From positions 1 to 64,000 of the forward strand of contig PDIP01000009.1 in assembly GCA_002811645.1 (NCBI GenBank): DNA of 64,000 nt, written 5' to 3'. Each line of letters begins with the position of its first letter. Position 1 is the first letter of the stretch. The notes under the pieces were generated by a model. It did no database searches. It was not told where the DNA came from and worked only from the letters and a program-made list of their open reading frames with translations. Position numbers and translations under genes: made by a program. Positions 1-11,116 of the stretch are shown piece by piece. Source of the stretch: Corallochytrium limacisporum Hawaii. Lineage: Eukaryota > Protista > Pluriformea.

Positions 1-28
<28 letters not shown>
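1..28. repeat. (CT)n microsatellite, truncated by the window start
   Basis: 14 perfect CT units read directly. Confidence 0.95.
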
Positions 29-32
<4 letters not shown>

Positions 33-3000
33 CTGCAGGTATAGAGTATACGGGAAGCTTCTTGGTCTGCAATGGTGGCCGACTCTTGCAGAATCACTCG
101 GCACGCTCTGTTGAATTGGTTTGTTTTTGTTGGCGACATGTCGATTGGAAGTGGGGGGAAGCCAAGAGATCAATTGCTGGAAGCCTGCTTGAGTTTTAGG
201 CACCGGTGAAATAAAAGTATTAGCCGGGGCTCGTAATATGGTGTGCAGGAACGAGCCTTACAGGCTTTTGCCGTGTTTGAGTTTTACTTTTACCCACGTC
301 CGAACCCGCCGCACACGCACCACCCCGAATTTGGCATACGAGATCGGAGCGGGTAGTCCGGCCAGCTTACGTCCGGTACTTGCAATTGTGGCTGACCCAA
401 CGGCCGGCAGCCCCCTGGATAAAAGTGAGGCGATTGGTGTGTTGAAGTTGTCCACATGGGGAGGTTGTGTAGTGTGCAGTCACCATGTATCGGAAAGAAG
501 CCTCGCCCTTTCATACACATCAACATGCACACCCTCGAAACTGAACGATGTCCGTACCCTTTCGACCAGAGAAACTTTCGAGCCATGTGGTCCACGGAAT
601 ACTCCAGTTTGTGCCTTCGGCTCTGAAACCATTCCGTGTGCATATGGTCCGCGGACATGTGTTTTTATTCGTAGGCCACTTGGTTAAACAGGGTAAAATA
701 TCACCGCATTCGGTAAATGACACCGCCGCTTCAGAGAGAAATGCCTGTGCAGCTGTTGACCAACACCCCCCCTCCCAAGGGGGGGGGCTACAGTCTTGTC
801 TACACCTCTGGTCTTGTCGAAGGCAGCTGTAGCTCAGCCCTAAAACCAATGGATTAATTGTGTCAGCACATATTCCGGACACCTGTGCTGATACTTAAGC
901 CGTTTTGTGTCCTCGCTCGTCTTGTTTGCCGCAGCTCACCCAAAACATGAATATGAATTGCACTTGTGGGAGGGGCCCCCGGAAGGGCACGGGTGTTCCG
1001 AGAGCACCAAGAGGTAATGTGGCCTTGGGGCACAGTGCCCACATACGACGAAAAACGTTTCTGTGTTGGACAACGGTGCATTTCCGGGATCAGTGCATAT
1101 TCTTGTGAGCAGATCCTGTTGGAAGGAACAGGTGGGTTGACAACTCTATCAAACCTGCACAATAGCGCGAATGTGCAGGAATTAAGGAAGGGAAGCCATG
1201 AAAATGATAGTTGTTTGAGTATACTGCACACGTTGCTATTCCGCACAGTCAACACACAGCCCCCGCCTTGCAAATTTTTTCGACTCCTTCTCCACGAAAC
1301 TTCGACCGGAATCTGTGTGTACTCCATGGGCCCGTTACTGAATTATGTGCCCCCCGGCGTTGTAAGCGGATACCATGGGAAGGAGGAGAAATCAATAGTC
1401 CAATTTTCCTGCGGGGGCTCCCCCTCCATTGCAATGGCTTATTGGTGAGGCCCGGCCAATCATTAGTCGTAACCATTGTGGGCCCGAAAGCCGCCAGTAA
1501 ACTGGTTTGAGCCGTTAAAGCCGACGGTGGTCGCATCAATATACATCTGCCAGCCGTCTGGTTGTCATCGTTCCTCGGTAGTATTACTAGCAACAATAAT
1601 TGGCTTAACCTCCGTTCGTGACGCCGTGACGGCGGCTCATTACTCCCTTGGCATGTAGGGATTGCTTGAGCATGCTGCGTCAGTACGGTCTTGTCACGAT
1701 ACGCTTGCACTGCGGCACGCCAAGCATCGATCGTGCTTGATGCCGGTGATGGATACGTGGATGGCTGTACGGTAGACCATGGCTGGTCTTCAACTACGTG
1801 AATTTTAGGCGCGGTATGCTTACAGTCCACCCAACGGTTTAAGTTTAATAAAGGTCTAGGTTCACGTTCAATCATGGGTAAACGCACGTCTTTCGCCACA
1901 TGAAGAGTAATAGGCATTAGGATTTCATCCATTCCTTCCGTGATCGTGTATGTCCTATTTCGTGCTCATGATGTATACGGATGTGTACACGAAGTGCAGT
2001 ATCTTTTCCGCTCATTCTGCCAAACGTTAGGGTCCAAGGCGAGTACAACGTTCAGACTCCGAGTAAGCTTTAAGCCTAAGCTCACTGGTTGATCATCGCA
2101 AGCAAGGTGTGTTACCAAAGCTAACTGATTAACAAGCAACTCAGCAAGATACGATAGAGAGCTCGATGTGTAGTAAAATTTAACGAATGGACAGGTGCCG
2201 AATGCCGGATCTCTGTTTGCTGCCTGCAAAGAACGGAAGTGTGAATGTGTGATCTTGGATGCGACTTAGAAATATTAGGCGACGTTATACACTCAATGGC
2301 CTTCTCAAGTGCCCTCTCAGGAAAGCAATGTCCCATTCGTCTCTGTCAGCGTGCAGAATTGGGTGCTGATGGATGCCCGTCCTTCTGCCTGCGTTGAAAA
2401 AGTCTTAAGCTTCATAGCTAGTTCATCCTTTATGATTCTACCCAATCCAAGTGTCCAAGTTTAACTTGATAGCAATGAATCAATGCAAATGTCAGCGCGT
2501 GCCATGACAATGATGATAATGACAATTGCTGAACAATCTCGTCTGTCCTCTCGCTATCTCTGCGCCTGTCTCTGTGTGTTTGCGTGCTTTGTGTATGTTA
2601 CCCGGTCTCTGTGTGTACTTATACTGTGAAATGGTTTGCTTGGAGATCCATTCGTCTTGCTCCATACCCAAGGTGTGATGATGCCTGCCGGTTCTCCGTG
2701 TGAGCGGGTGTATGACTTCTAGGATGAGGGACGTGGAGTGACATCCTAGTAACTCGCTATGTACAACAATTTACAGTCTGACCAACTACGCACCCTTTTC
2801 ATTTCGATTGCGGTCTGGGATGGTTCACAAGGTAAGTGTGAAGGGCACCGAGGGACATCAATGGATGCGGTCGCGGATTGGAACGGACCACTCCGTCCCG
2901 GAGGCATAGGTGGTGGTAGTGGCTACGATCTGTTACCGTTTCTATGTGCATATGTGAATATTGCAGTGCTCACGCCAAGTCCATTGTAGGGCATGCCTGC

Positions 3001-4635
3001 AGAAGATGCGATCATGGAAGTGTGAACTGGAGGTCGGAAACGCCGGGACTCTGCATGCAATGTTGTTGTGCCCGTAGCATAGCCTTGCTCAGTTGCCGCT
3101 GTGTTGTGCCATAGTTCGGAGCAACACAACTTCGTGGAGCATAAACAACAATGCGGACTTATCGTCATCGCGTCAAAACTCCCTCCATGGCGGGTCCAGA
3201 AGCAGGACTGACTGCTCGATCTGCTCACTTGGTAAAGAATGCTGAGAGGTGCACTATCAGTCACCGCACTCAAATCGGTATCCAAATACCATAGCATCCA
3301 CAACGCACGGAGGCAGGGTTCAGCGACCAACGCCGCCTCGTTCACTGCCTGAGCGTATCGGCTGGGGATCTAACACCCTTTCTTTATATGGCAGGAAACC
3401 TGTAGGGACTGAAGGCGGAATATTACTCTGACGGGGAAGGCGTGAAGAATGTGTGAAGATTGTCTTCACTCCGTGGGGCAGAATGGAAAGATTTGCCACC
3501 AAATGGAGTAAAACGAAAAATGAAAAGAGGGCGGGAACCTCGGCGAAGTCTGGGATACCGGCATGAGAACAAACATTAGAATGAAGAAGAGGAACCAAGC
3601 CCTTAAGCATCACAAGCAGTCTGGCGGCGGTGGATCGCATTCTCTTGGTGCAAGGCACAAAAAGGACATCTCCGAACTTGGGGACCTATTGTTTTGAAAA
3701 CTTACCGTCCGCAGTAGGCCGAGGACACGACACAAAGCAGGGCTGGTGCTTCACAGTTGCCTCAGTTGTCAGCATCCATGTACGCTTCAAATTGCAAAGG
3801 AGGTCAGCGAATGAAAGCATACGCTGTGGTGAGGCCCCACTGGGTGTCCGAAGAGAGCGGAGCCGGTCATTTTCTGGTTCTAAGAAATCCATCCAGCATC
3901 ATCCTCGTCCTGATGCGATCATCTGCACGTAAAATGACTTGTAAGTTCTTGGGTTCCGTTCGTCGTTGCCGTTCGTCCGGAATGCCGGCTCCTATGTTGT
4001 TATTTCTCTTGTCTTATGTCAAGTCAAATTGTATAAATGAGATGTAGTTTTCGGTGGGCTGTTGATAAAAGATTTAATGATGTGGTGAAACGGACGAACT
4101 CTTTGCAAATAGGGGGGATGTACCTTCGTACCGCCTGGCGCTGCCTCCTTTCCCCCCTCATTCCTCCTTCCCTGCTCTTCGCTGTGTTCCGAATGTTTAG
4201 CCATGTAAGTAAGGCAGCGCGGACCGGTCCGACCCTGAGATCTTCTTGTGTCACTGAACACCTCTCCGTTTGGATATTGAACTAAATTATAAACAGAAAG
4301 ATATCGGATCCTACCCAAACGGCCGCTGAGGCTCATGCCCACGTCCAAGTTGAATATTAGAATTTGTGCAGAGGTGCGGAGTAGGATGCGGCTCTGGGCT
4401 GGTTTCAGTTTCGATTGCAAGCCACTCTGCTTCGCCGAATCATCATACGTGCATCAACGCCAATATCCAGTTTCTATTGTTCGTCCACAGGTACTTAAGT
4501 GGTTTGGTTCCTCGAATCAACTTGGACTCGATCATATGCACATCAAATATCTAAACATAATTTGAGCCCGTGCGCTTTGGTCCAAGGTTCCAGCATATTC
4601 ACTGTTCACCAAAGGTCCCGTAAATAGAAGCAAGT

Positions 4636-6798
4636 ATGGGAAAAAGTGAAGAAGATCAAGTGTCCGAATTCCAGGACACTCCGACTCCCCACGTGACCCA
4701 CGATGACTACCCAGAAATCACCATCCGCGCCATAGTTCTTTCTGCCTTCCTGTCCGTCGTGCTCGGTGCTGCAAATGTCTACCTCGGCTTGCTCGTCGGC
4801 ATGACTGTGTCTGCGTCTATTCCCGCCTCTGTCATCTCGATGGCTTGTCTGCGATTTTTTAAGGACTCTAACATTCTGGAGAACAACATTGTACAGACTG
4901 CCGCATCCGCTGGTGAGGCCATTGCTGCCGGTGTCATTTTCACCTTGCCCGGTCTCGTAATCATGAACAATAAGCGCGATGAAGGCGAGGCAGTGTTCGA
5001 GGGTGTTGAAGGTTGGGACTCCTTCATGGGCTCCAACTACTTTTATACCACCTTCTTGTCCATGTTCGGTGGTCTCCTGGGCATTGCTTGGTCTGTGCCC
5101 CTCCGTCGTGCTCTCATTGTCGACCTCAAGCCTCCGCTGAAGTTCCCTGAGGGGGTCGCAACTGCTCAGGTCCTGAAGTCAGGCGAGGAAGGTGGCGACT
5201 CCGTTAAGGCTGTTGTCGCCGGTGGTGGTATTGGTGCCGGCCTTTCCTTGTTGGAGAGCATGGGCATGTGGAATCCCTCAGTGGACTTTGGCTGGTTCTA
5301 CGAGAACATGCACCCGTCATACTTCTCATTCGAGGTGAAGCCCGCTCTGCTCGGTGTTGGATACATTATCGGTCCCAAGATTGCCTCTGTCCTGTTTCTC
5401 GGTTCAATAGTCAATTTCTGGATCATCATCCCGGTGTCTTCCGCCCTAAATGGACGCTGGAATGAGGATGAATGGGACGTCGACACGATGGGTGAGTTCA
5501 ATGTCGCCAATACTGCCATGACAGAGTTTGGTGACACCAAATACATAGGAGTGGGCATGATGCTTATCGGGGGCGTCTGGTCTCTGATTTCAATTCGTAA
5601 GGCACTGTGGCAGGCAATGACGGCCGGTGTCCAGCAGTTTAAGGCCGCCTTCTCCAAGAAGGGCCGGACTCCCGATTTCACGGACCGAGATGAGTCCATG
5701 CTAGTCGAACGGTACGAGCGCGATCTGCCCTTTACGATTGTGGGGGGCACTATCCTGGCCACCACCGCCATTCTATACGTCATGTTTAGTTTCTTCTCCA
5801 ATGAGTGGGGCTACTGCCTTCCATTGGCCCTGGTGGTTGCTGTCTTGTCCTTCCTGTTCTCTGCAGTGGCCGCTTACATGGCTGGTCTGGTGGGATCGTC
5901 CAACAATCCTGTTTCCGGTGTTGCCATCTGCTCTTCCCTGATTCTATCTGGTCTCATTCTCGCCTTTTTCGGCTCTGACGATCCTCTGGGACCCCCAACA
6001 GCGGTTATGATGTGCAGTGCAGTGGCCTGCGCTTGTGTCATCTCCAGCGATAACATGCAGGATCTGAAGTGCGGTCATCTGCTGGGTGCCACCCCCTGGA
6101 AGCAGGAGATCATCATGGCTGTGGGTGTAATTTCTACCTCCTTCGTAATTGCCCCCATTCTGGAACTGCTAGATCAGGCCTACACCATTGGCGGTCCGGA
6201 CCTGATCGCTCCTCAAGCCACCGTCATTGCTACCATTCCCTCTGGTCTTCTTTCTGGTAGTCTTCAATGGGATTACATTGGCTTCGGCATTGGTCTTGGC
6301 GTTGTGATCATCATGATTGACAAGTTCCTGGAGTACAAGGAATCCTCTTTCCGCCTGCCTGTCCTAGCCTTTGCCATCTCGGCTTACCTACCCATGGGGT
6401 ACCTTTCTCCCATCTTTGTCGGGTCCTTGATCCACTTGTTTGCCCATACTAATCCTGATGATCAGGCGTCTGAGGGTATTCTCTACAGCGCCGGTCTTGT
6501 CGCTGGTGACTCCATCTTCGGGATTCTGCTGGCCGTTCCGGTCATCGTGACTTCCGATGCTGACGTTCTGGAGGTCGTGTCTGATCCCGTGAAGTGGTTC
6601 TGGGTCTTGCCCTTGGCTTTACTCATTGGTACCATGTACCACTTTGCAAAGAACTCACCATTCACTTCACAAAGCCGCGTGGCCTATGAGAGCGAGGTTA
6701 CCCTGATGACGGATGAAACGAAGGCCAAGAGCTTTGATCGGGAGAACAGGGACTCCCTTGACCCCAAGGATAAAGAACTGGGATACTTCCCAAGCTAA
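4636..6798 (+). CDS. OPT/YSL-superfamily oligopeptide or metal-chelate transporter, copy 1 (720 aa)
   Basis: Multi-pass hydrophobic ORF with OPT motifs: ANVYLGL..G.TVSASIPA, NILENNIVQTAASAGE, L.FPEGVATA.VL, GSSNNPVSG, DNMQDLKCGHLLGATPWKQ, APQA. Confidence 0.93.
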   Translation: MGKSEEDQVSEFQDTPTPHVTHDDYPEITIRAIVLSAFLSVVLGAANVYLGLLVGMTVSASIPASVISMACLRFFKDSNILENNIVQTAASAGEAIAAGVIFTLPGLVIMNNKRDEGEAVFEGVEGWDSFMGSNYFYTTFLSMFGGLLGIAWSVPLRRALIVDLKPPLKFPEGVATAQVLKSGEEGGDSVKAVVAGGGIGAGLSLLESMGMWNPSVDFGWFYENMHPSYFSFEVKPALLGVGYIIGPKIASVLFLGSIVNFWIIIPVSSALNGRWNEDEWDVDTMGEFNVANTAMTEFGDTKYIGVGMMLIGGVWSLISIRKALWQAMTAGVQQFKAAFSKKGRTPDFTDRDESMLVERYERDLPFTIVGGTILATTAILYVMFSFFSNEWGYCLPLALVVAVLSFLFSAVAAYMAGLVGSSNNPVSGVAICSSLILSGLILAFFGSDDPLGPPTAVMMCSAVACACVISSDNMQDLKCGHLLGATPWKQEIIMAVGVISTSFVIAPILELLDQAYTIGGPDLIAPQATVIATIPSGLLSGSLQWDYIGFGIGLGVVIIMIDKFLEYKESSFRLPVLAFAISAYLPMGYLSPIFVGSLIHLFAHTNPDDQASEGILYSAGLVAGDSIFGILLAVPVIVTSDADVLEVVSDPVKWFWVLPLALLIGTMYHFAKNSPFTSQSRVAYESEVTLMTDETKAKSFDRENRDSLDPKDKELGYFPS

Positions 6799-8559
6799 AG
6801 CAAGTGCGACTGCTGATGTCCACACCTATAAGAAACAGTGTCCGGACAGGCTTCGGCCCTTCCCCCCCCCCTTATTTTCATGCCGGGTAAACTCCCTGAA
6901 CCCTGAATAAAAACTGTAATCCTAATTAAATTAGAATCATATTGATACCTGACCAGAACACTAGTATTGATCTTTTGGTACAGTTACGTGGACCCCGCGG
7001 GGGGGGGCCAAGGCATGTTGCGTCCGGAAGCCGCGTACGGACGATCGCTGTAGACCTCTTGCTAGACAGCTGTGTAGGGCCATGAACGGCAATCAAATAC
7101 ACTTGAGGACATTCCTTCCTACCACAGTCAGCCGTGTTCAATGATCGTTAACCAGGGTATAGTGCTTCTGCATCCATTCGGAGCAGTGTGGAGCCCGTTT
7201 CAATACTGGGTCGCCAAGGTCATGATCCACTGACCTCGGCAAGCTCGGTACGTACGATACGAATCTGTCGACTGTAAAATACATTTCTGCATGCACTTTC
7301 TTCGCTTCCTGTGTCCCTGTATTTTGTAAGTGCGCTGGACTGTACCTGATCCTGTCGCAAATCCTTAAATGAATCCCCTAAGAGGATCACAGCATTCGAC
7401 CTTACTCTATGGCTTGTTCACCAGGTCCATGTCGGGAAAGACCCACATGTGCAAAGACCGTTTCAACCGCCAAGAACAAGTGTAAACGCCTTCCAATGCC
7501 CAATCGCAGAGACTGTGTTCATCTGGGGACGGCCATCATTCTGATGATACCACAGCGGTACAGTCCTCTGATCCATCCATTGCCCGTGCTTCCCGTCTTC
7601 GTATATCAGGCCTCAACGTCCGGACCACCTCACAGGTCCTCCAACCCGACCGGCCGCCATCAAATCTGCAGATGAAGTGGCGAGTTCACGGGCTTGTTGA
7701 AAGTGTAACCATGCAAGGTGTCCCGATGACCTTTTGAAACAAAACAACAAGCCATTCGACTTAGCGGCCTGGCAGCTTGGGCTCCAAAAGCGAAACGGCT
7801 TAGCCAACACTCGGCCACCACCAGGCGGGTATGGAGGGAGCGAACGAGAAGACAAGTGGGTGGGTGGAAATAAAGAAGGGGAGGGGGCGGAGCGGGACAG
7901 ACAGTGGGTAGTGAGCGAGGAGGGGTGGGGGTGGAGCTCTTTCATGGACACACACACACACGCACCATTGAGCGGGATACTCAGTGACATTTGACAGTCG
8001 AGAGACGAATAACACGACAGGAAAGTGACGGAGAAAAAAAAAGGGCCAAAGGAATCTGACCGGCGGAGAAAAATAACGGAGAGGAAACGCAGTAGACATA
8101 CAATGACTTTTTAGGGGAGGGTAGTTGTGACAGGGAAAGATGGGAGGCGGATGGAAGCACCTTGCAGGGCAGTGAAGAACAGAGGGTCGAGTTTGGGAGG
8201 GACCGTCTCTTCACCGAACAGGACCGGGAATGGGAGAGAGCCGGTGGTGAGGAGGATTCAGCGTGCCCTCACACAACGCTGCGTGCTCAAAAAAGGCAAC
8301 TTGACGTGTCGGCCTCTGAGTATTTTTCACCGCGTTTCCCAGGTTGGTGAAGTCTCCCGGCGCCCATCGCCGCCGCTCTCCAGCTTAGGCTTTTCTTAAA
8401 GCAACTACCATCGGAAGCCGCTCAACGGCGACCCTGGAGTGGACAAATTGGTCCCTGCTTGAAAGGGTCTTCATCTCGCATCTTCATCTCCAATGATTAA
8501 TCATATTTGCACACAGTTGAGAGTACTGGGCACAAGAGTCAGATATTGTGCGGTGATTA

Positions 8560-9270
8560 GGAGGACGACCCAAATCATTGCAAAAGTAGTTTTTCCGCTT
8601 CGTTCGTCGGCTGCTGACTTTCGCCGGCTGTACGACGAGTGCTTGTCGCTGTGAGAATCTACAGTGGGAGAAATTGGCTGAGCGCTAGGCGATGGACGGG
8701 ATACCTACGTGAGTCACAAGATTAATACTTAAGGATTTCCACACAGAGTAAGGCAATGCAGGACATATACTGAGGGTCGGCATAGGCGGCGGTCCCGGGC
8801 TATAGATGATGTTTTTCTTTAGTGTATTGAGTTATGCGGCTGGTACGTTCATGCTACCAATATGTGGTGCATGGGGGTGGGTTCCTTCGTGGCAGGCGGT
8901 CAGAGCACTCTTAGTAATCGCCTCCTTTCAAAAGCTTCCATTGTTTTCATCAGCACTTTTTGGTCAGAGTAGCCAGTGGATTCTGCAGCGCATGTGCACG
9001 GGGGATACAGAAGCACAAACAAAAGCAGTGGGCGTCGTTCATTTGACCCTTTCCAGTTTCGCCGCGGACGAATGAGGATGGTAGTGGCTATCGTCACGTC
9101 GAGAGAAGGTATTGTGTGCTCTCCTGTGTCAACATGGTTGTACACTGGATATGTCCATTGTTGGCCATGTCTCGAATTGGAACTGCGGCCAATTCGTACA
9201 AGATCTCGGGGCTTGGATGTGTGAATTGTGTGGTGAAAATGTACCGGTTCTTTGCGTGGCTGCGCAACCA
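8560..9270 (+). pseudogene. Possible decayed RING-finger peroxin (PEX2-like) relic
   Basis: Fragments in different frames: STVGE (~8658), a hydrophobic segment ending WILQRMCTG, then PVSTWLYTGYVHCWPCLE followed after a frameshift by GAWMCELCGENV. Order and motifs resemble PEX2; boundaries are approximate. Confidence 0.28.
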
Positions 9271-10702
9271 GCAACATGGTGTGCTCAGTCGAGCTCTATA
9301 TTGAGGATATGAGAATATTGGCCAAAACCAACGTGACCAAACCCTTTGCTACCACCCCTGTCCAAAATAGGGAAAAGAAAACATCGTACCCTTGGTTTTG
9401 GCGGTGGTTGTTGTTGTTGTTGTTTTTGTTTCGTGTTGTGATCATTGGGACAAAAAAGACCCAAATACGCCGCCAAATCTTCGACGGAGTGGGGCGAATT
9501 CTGGAGGTTGACTCCTTTGTATCCATCCGACCCTCGGTTTTCAAGTATATAACTTTTTGAATCAATGGTTTCCTAGGTTCCGCTGTATGCTGGTGCTAGT
9601 GCCGCTGCAGGGGTACCGGTTTCCCCCCCCCCTTCTTCCCACTTCCGCTGTCAGTGACGGATGCACAAGTTTGCAACGGTTAAAACTGACAGTAAAGGAA
9701 GGTTCATCCATCATTACCAGCGTCACCATTCATCATCTGTCCCAAACAAGAACATGAATTGAAGGTCATGAGTGCGCCTTGTTACATGTGCCAGGAAAAA
9801 GGGGGCACGCGTCGGTTATGTAGGCTGGAATGGTTGTCAATGCACTTCTGAAACGTCTCCCCCCTCTCTTTTATTTTGCCCCCCTTCCCAAGGTACTTGC
9901 GCTTATCTTCCAAAATGGAACGCGGACTATTTTGTATAAACATGGTTTAGCTGTACATCATCAGAGGAACGACCAGCAAAACCCGCCCACATGACGTCAA
10001 CACTATAGACAGTAGAGCATCATTAATGTAGGGCATTACTATAGGCCTGGACTCGAGCCGTTGAGTGCTCTACGTTCTAATCTTGTCTGACGTTTGCTGG
10101 CACCACAACCTATTGTTCCGTTATCGTCGCGGCGTAATTGCAGTTGGGTGGGTAGGTTGTATTTGGGTGGGTGGGAAAGAACAGAAGCTGGCACCCGCCT
10201 GCTCAATTTTTCCCAGTTGGCCACTCTTTGCGCACATGTTCGTTGAACGAAATACCCGTACGAATGCATTGCGTGCTCAGCGTGTTCGAGAGTTGAATGA
10301 GCTTGGACAATACCCTTTGAAGTTTTTTTTTCCATTTTTTTGGCGTTTCGGGCATCTGTCATAGCCAATTGCTTTGCCTGCTTTGAGTATCGGGACTTGA
10401 GGGGAGTGTGGAGGACATCTCCTCACAAGCCCCACTCACGCCTCACGGAGATACACGTAGGGTAACTGCGTGTACACCACGACATTTTCTGTGTAAGTAG
10501 TGGAAGAATAGCAAAAACTAACAAAATGTGCAGTCCGTTTTCTTTATTTGGCAGGAAACGGAATTCTTCTGACGCACGCCAGTAAGAAAATCAGTTGAAG
10601 AATTTTTGTCTCAGTGAAGCACAAACAGAAGCATCCCTTGTACACACCCGGGAGAAGAGAGAAAGCAAAAAAAAACAACAAAAAGGCAGAAAAAGCAGTG
10701 AC

Positions 10703-11116
10703 CAAAGAAAAAACTCGGGGATTAGAGACGGGCAGTGGGATGCTCGGGAGCCCCCCCCCCCCCCCGCGGGCTCCTCCGGGGGCGCGGGCGTGGCATGGGA
10801 AGGGAGGGTCCCCCAATGCGTTCTTTGACAATTCTATGAAGAAATATACGACGATGNNNNNNNNNNNNNNNNNNNNNNNNNNNNNNNNNNNNNNNNNNNN
10901 NNNNNNNNNNNNNNNNNNNNNNNNNNNNNNNNNNNNNNNNNNNNNNNNNNNNNNNNNNNNNNNCAAAGAAAAAACTCGGGGATTAGAGACGGGCGGTGGG
11001 ATGCCCGGGCGCCCCCCCCCCCCCCGCGGGCTCCTCCGGGGGCGCGGGCGTGGCATGGGAAGGGAGGGTCCCCCAATGCGTGCTTTGACAATTCTATGAA
11101 GAAATATACGACGATG
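10703..11116. repeat. Near-identical ~153-bp direct repeat (10703-10856 and 10964-11116) flanking an N-gap
   Basis: Both copies run caaagaaaaaactcgggg...gaaatatacgacgatg with a few mismatches, on either side of N 10857-10963. Probably unmerged contig overlap. Confidence 0.85.

Noticed and set aside
1966-1968. In-frame TGA as selenocysteine or readthrough
   Set aside because: No recognisable selenoprotein context or SECIS, and the ORF itself is unverified.
2719-2749. 8-bp inverted repeat CTAGGATG/CATCCTAG
   Set aside because: It is short enough to occur by chance and has no other support.
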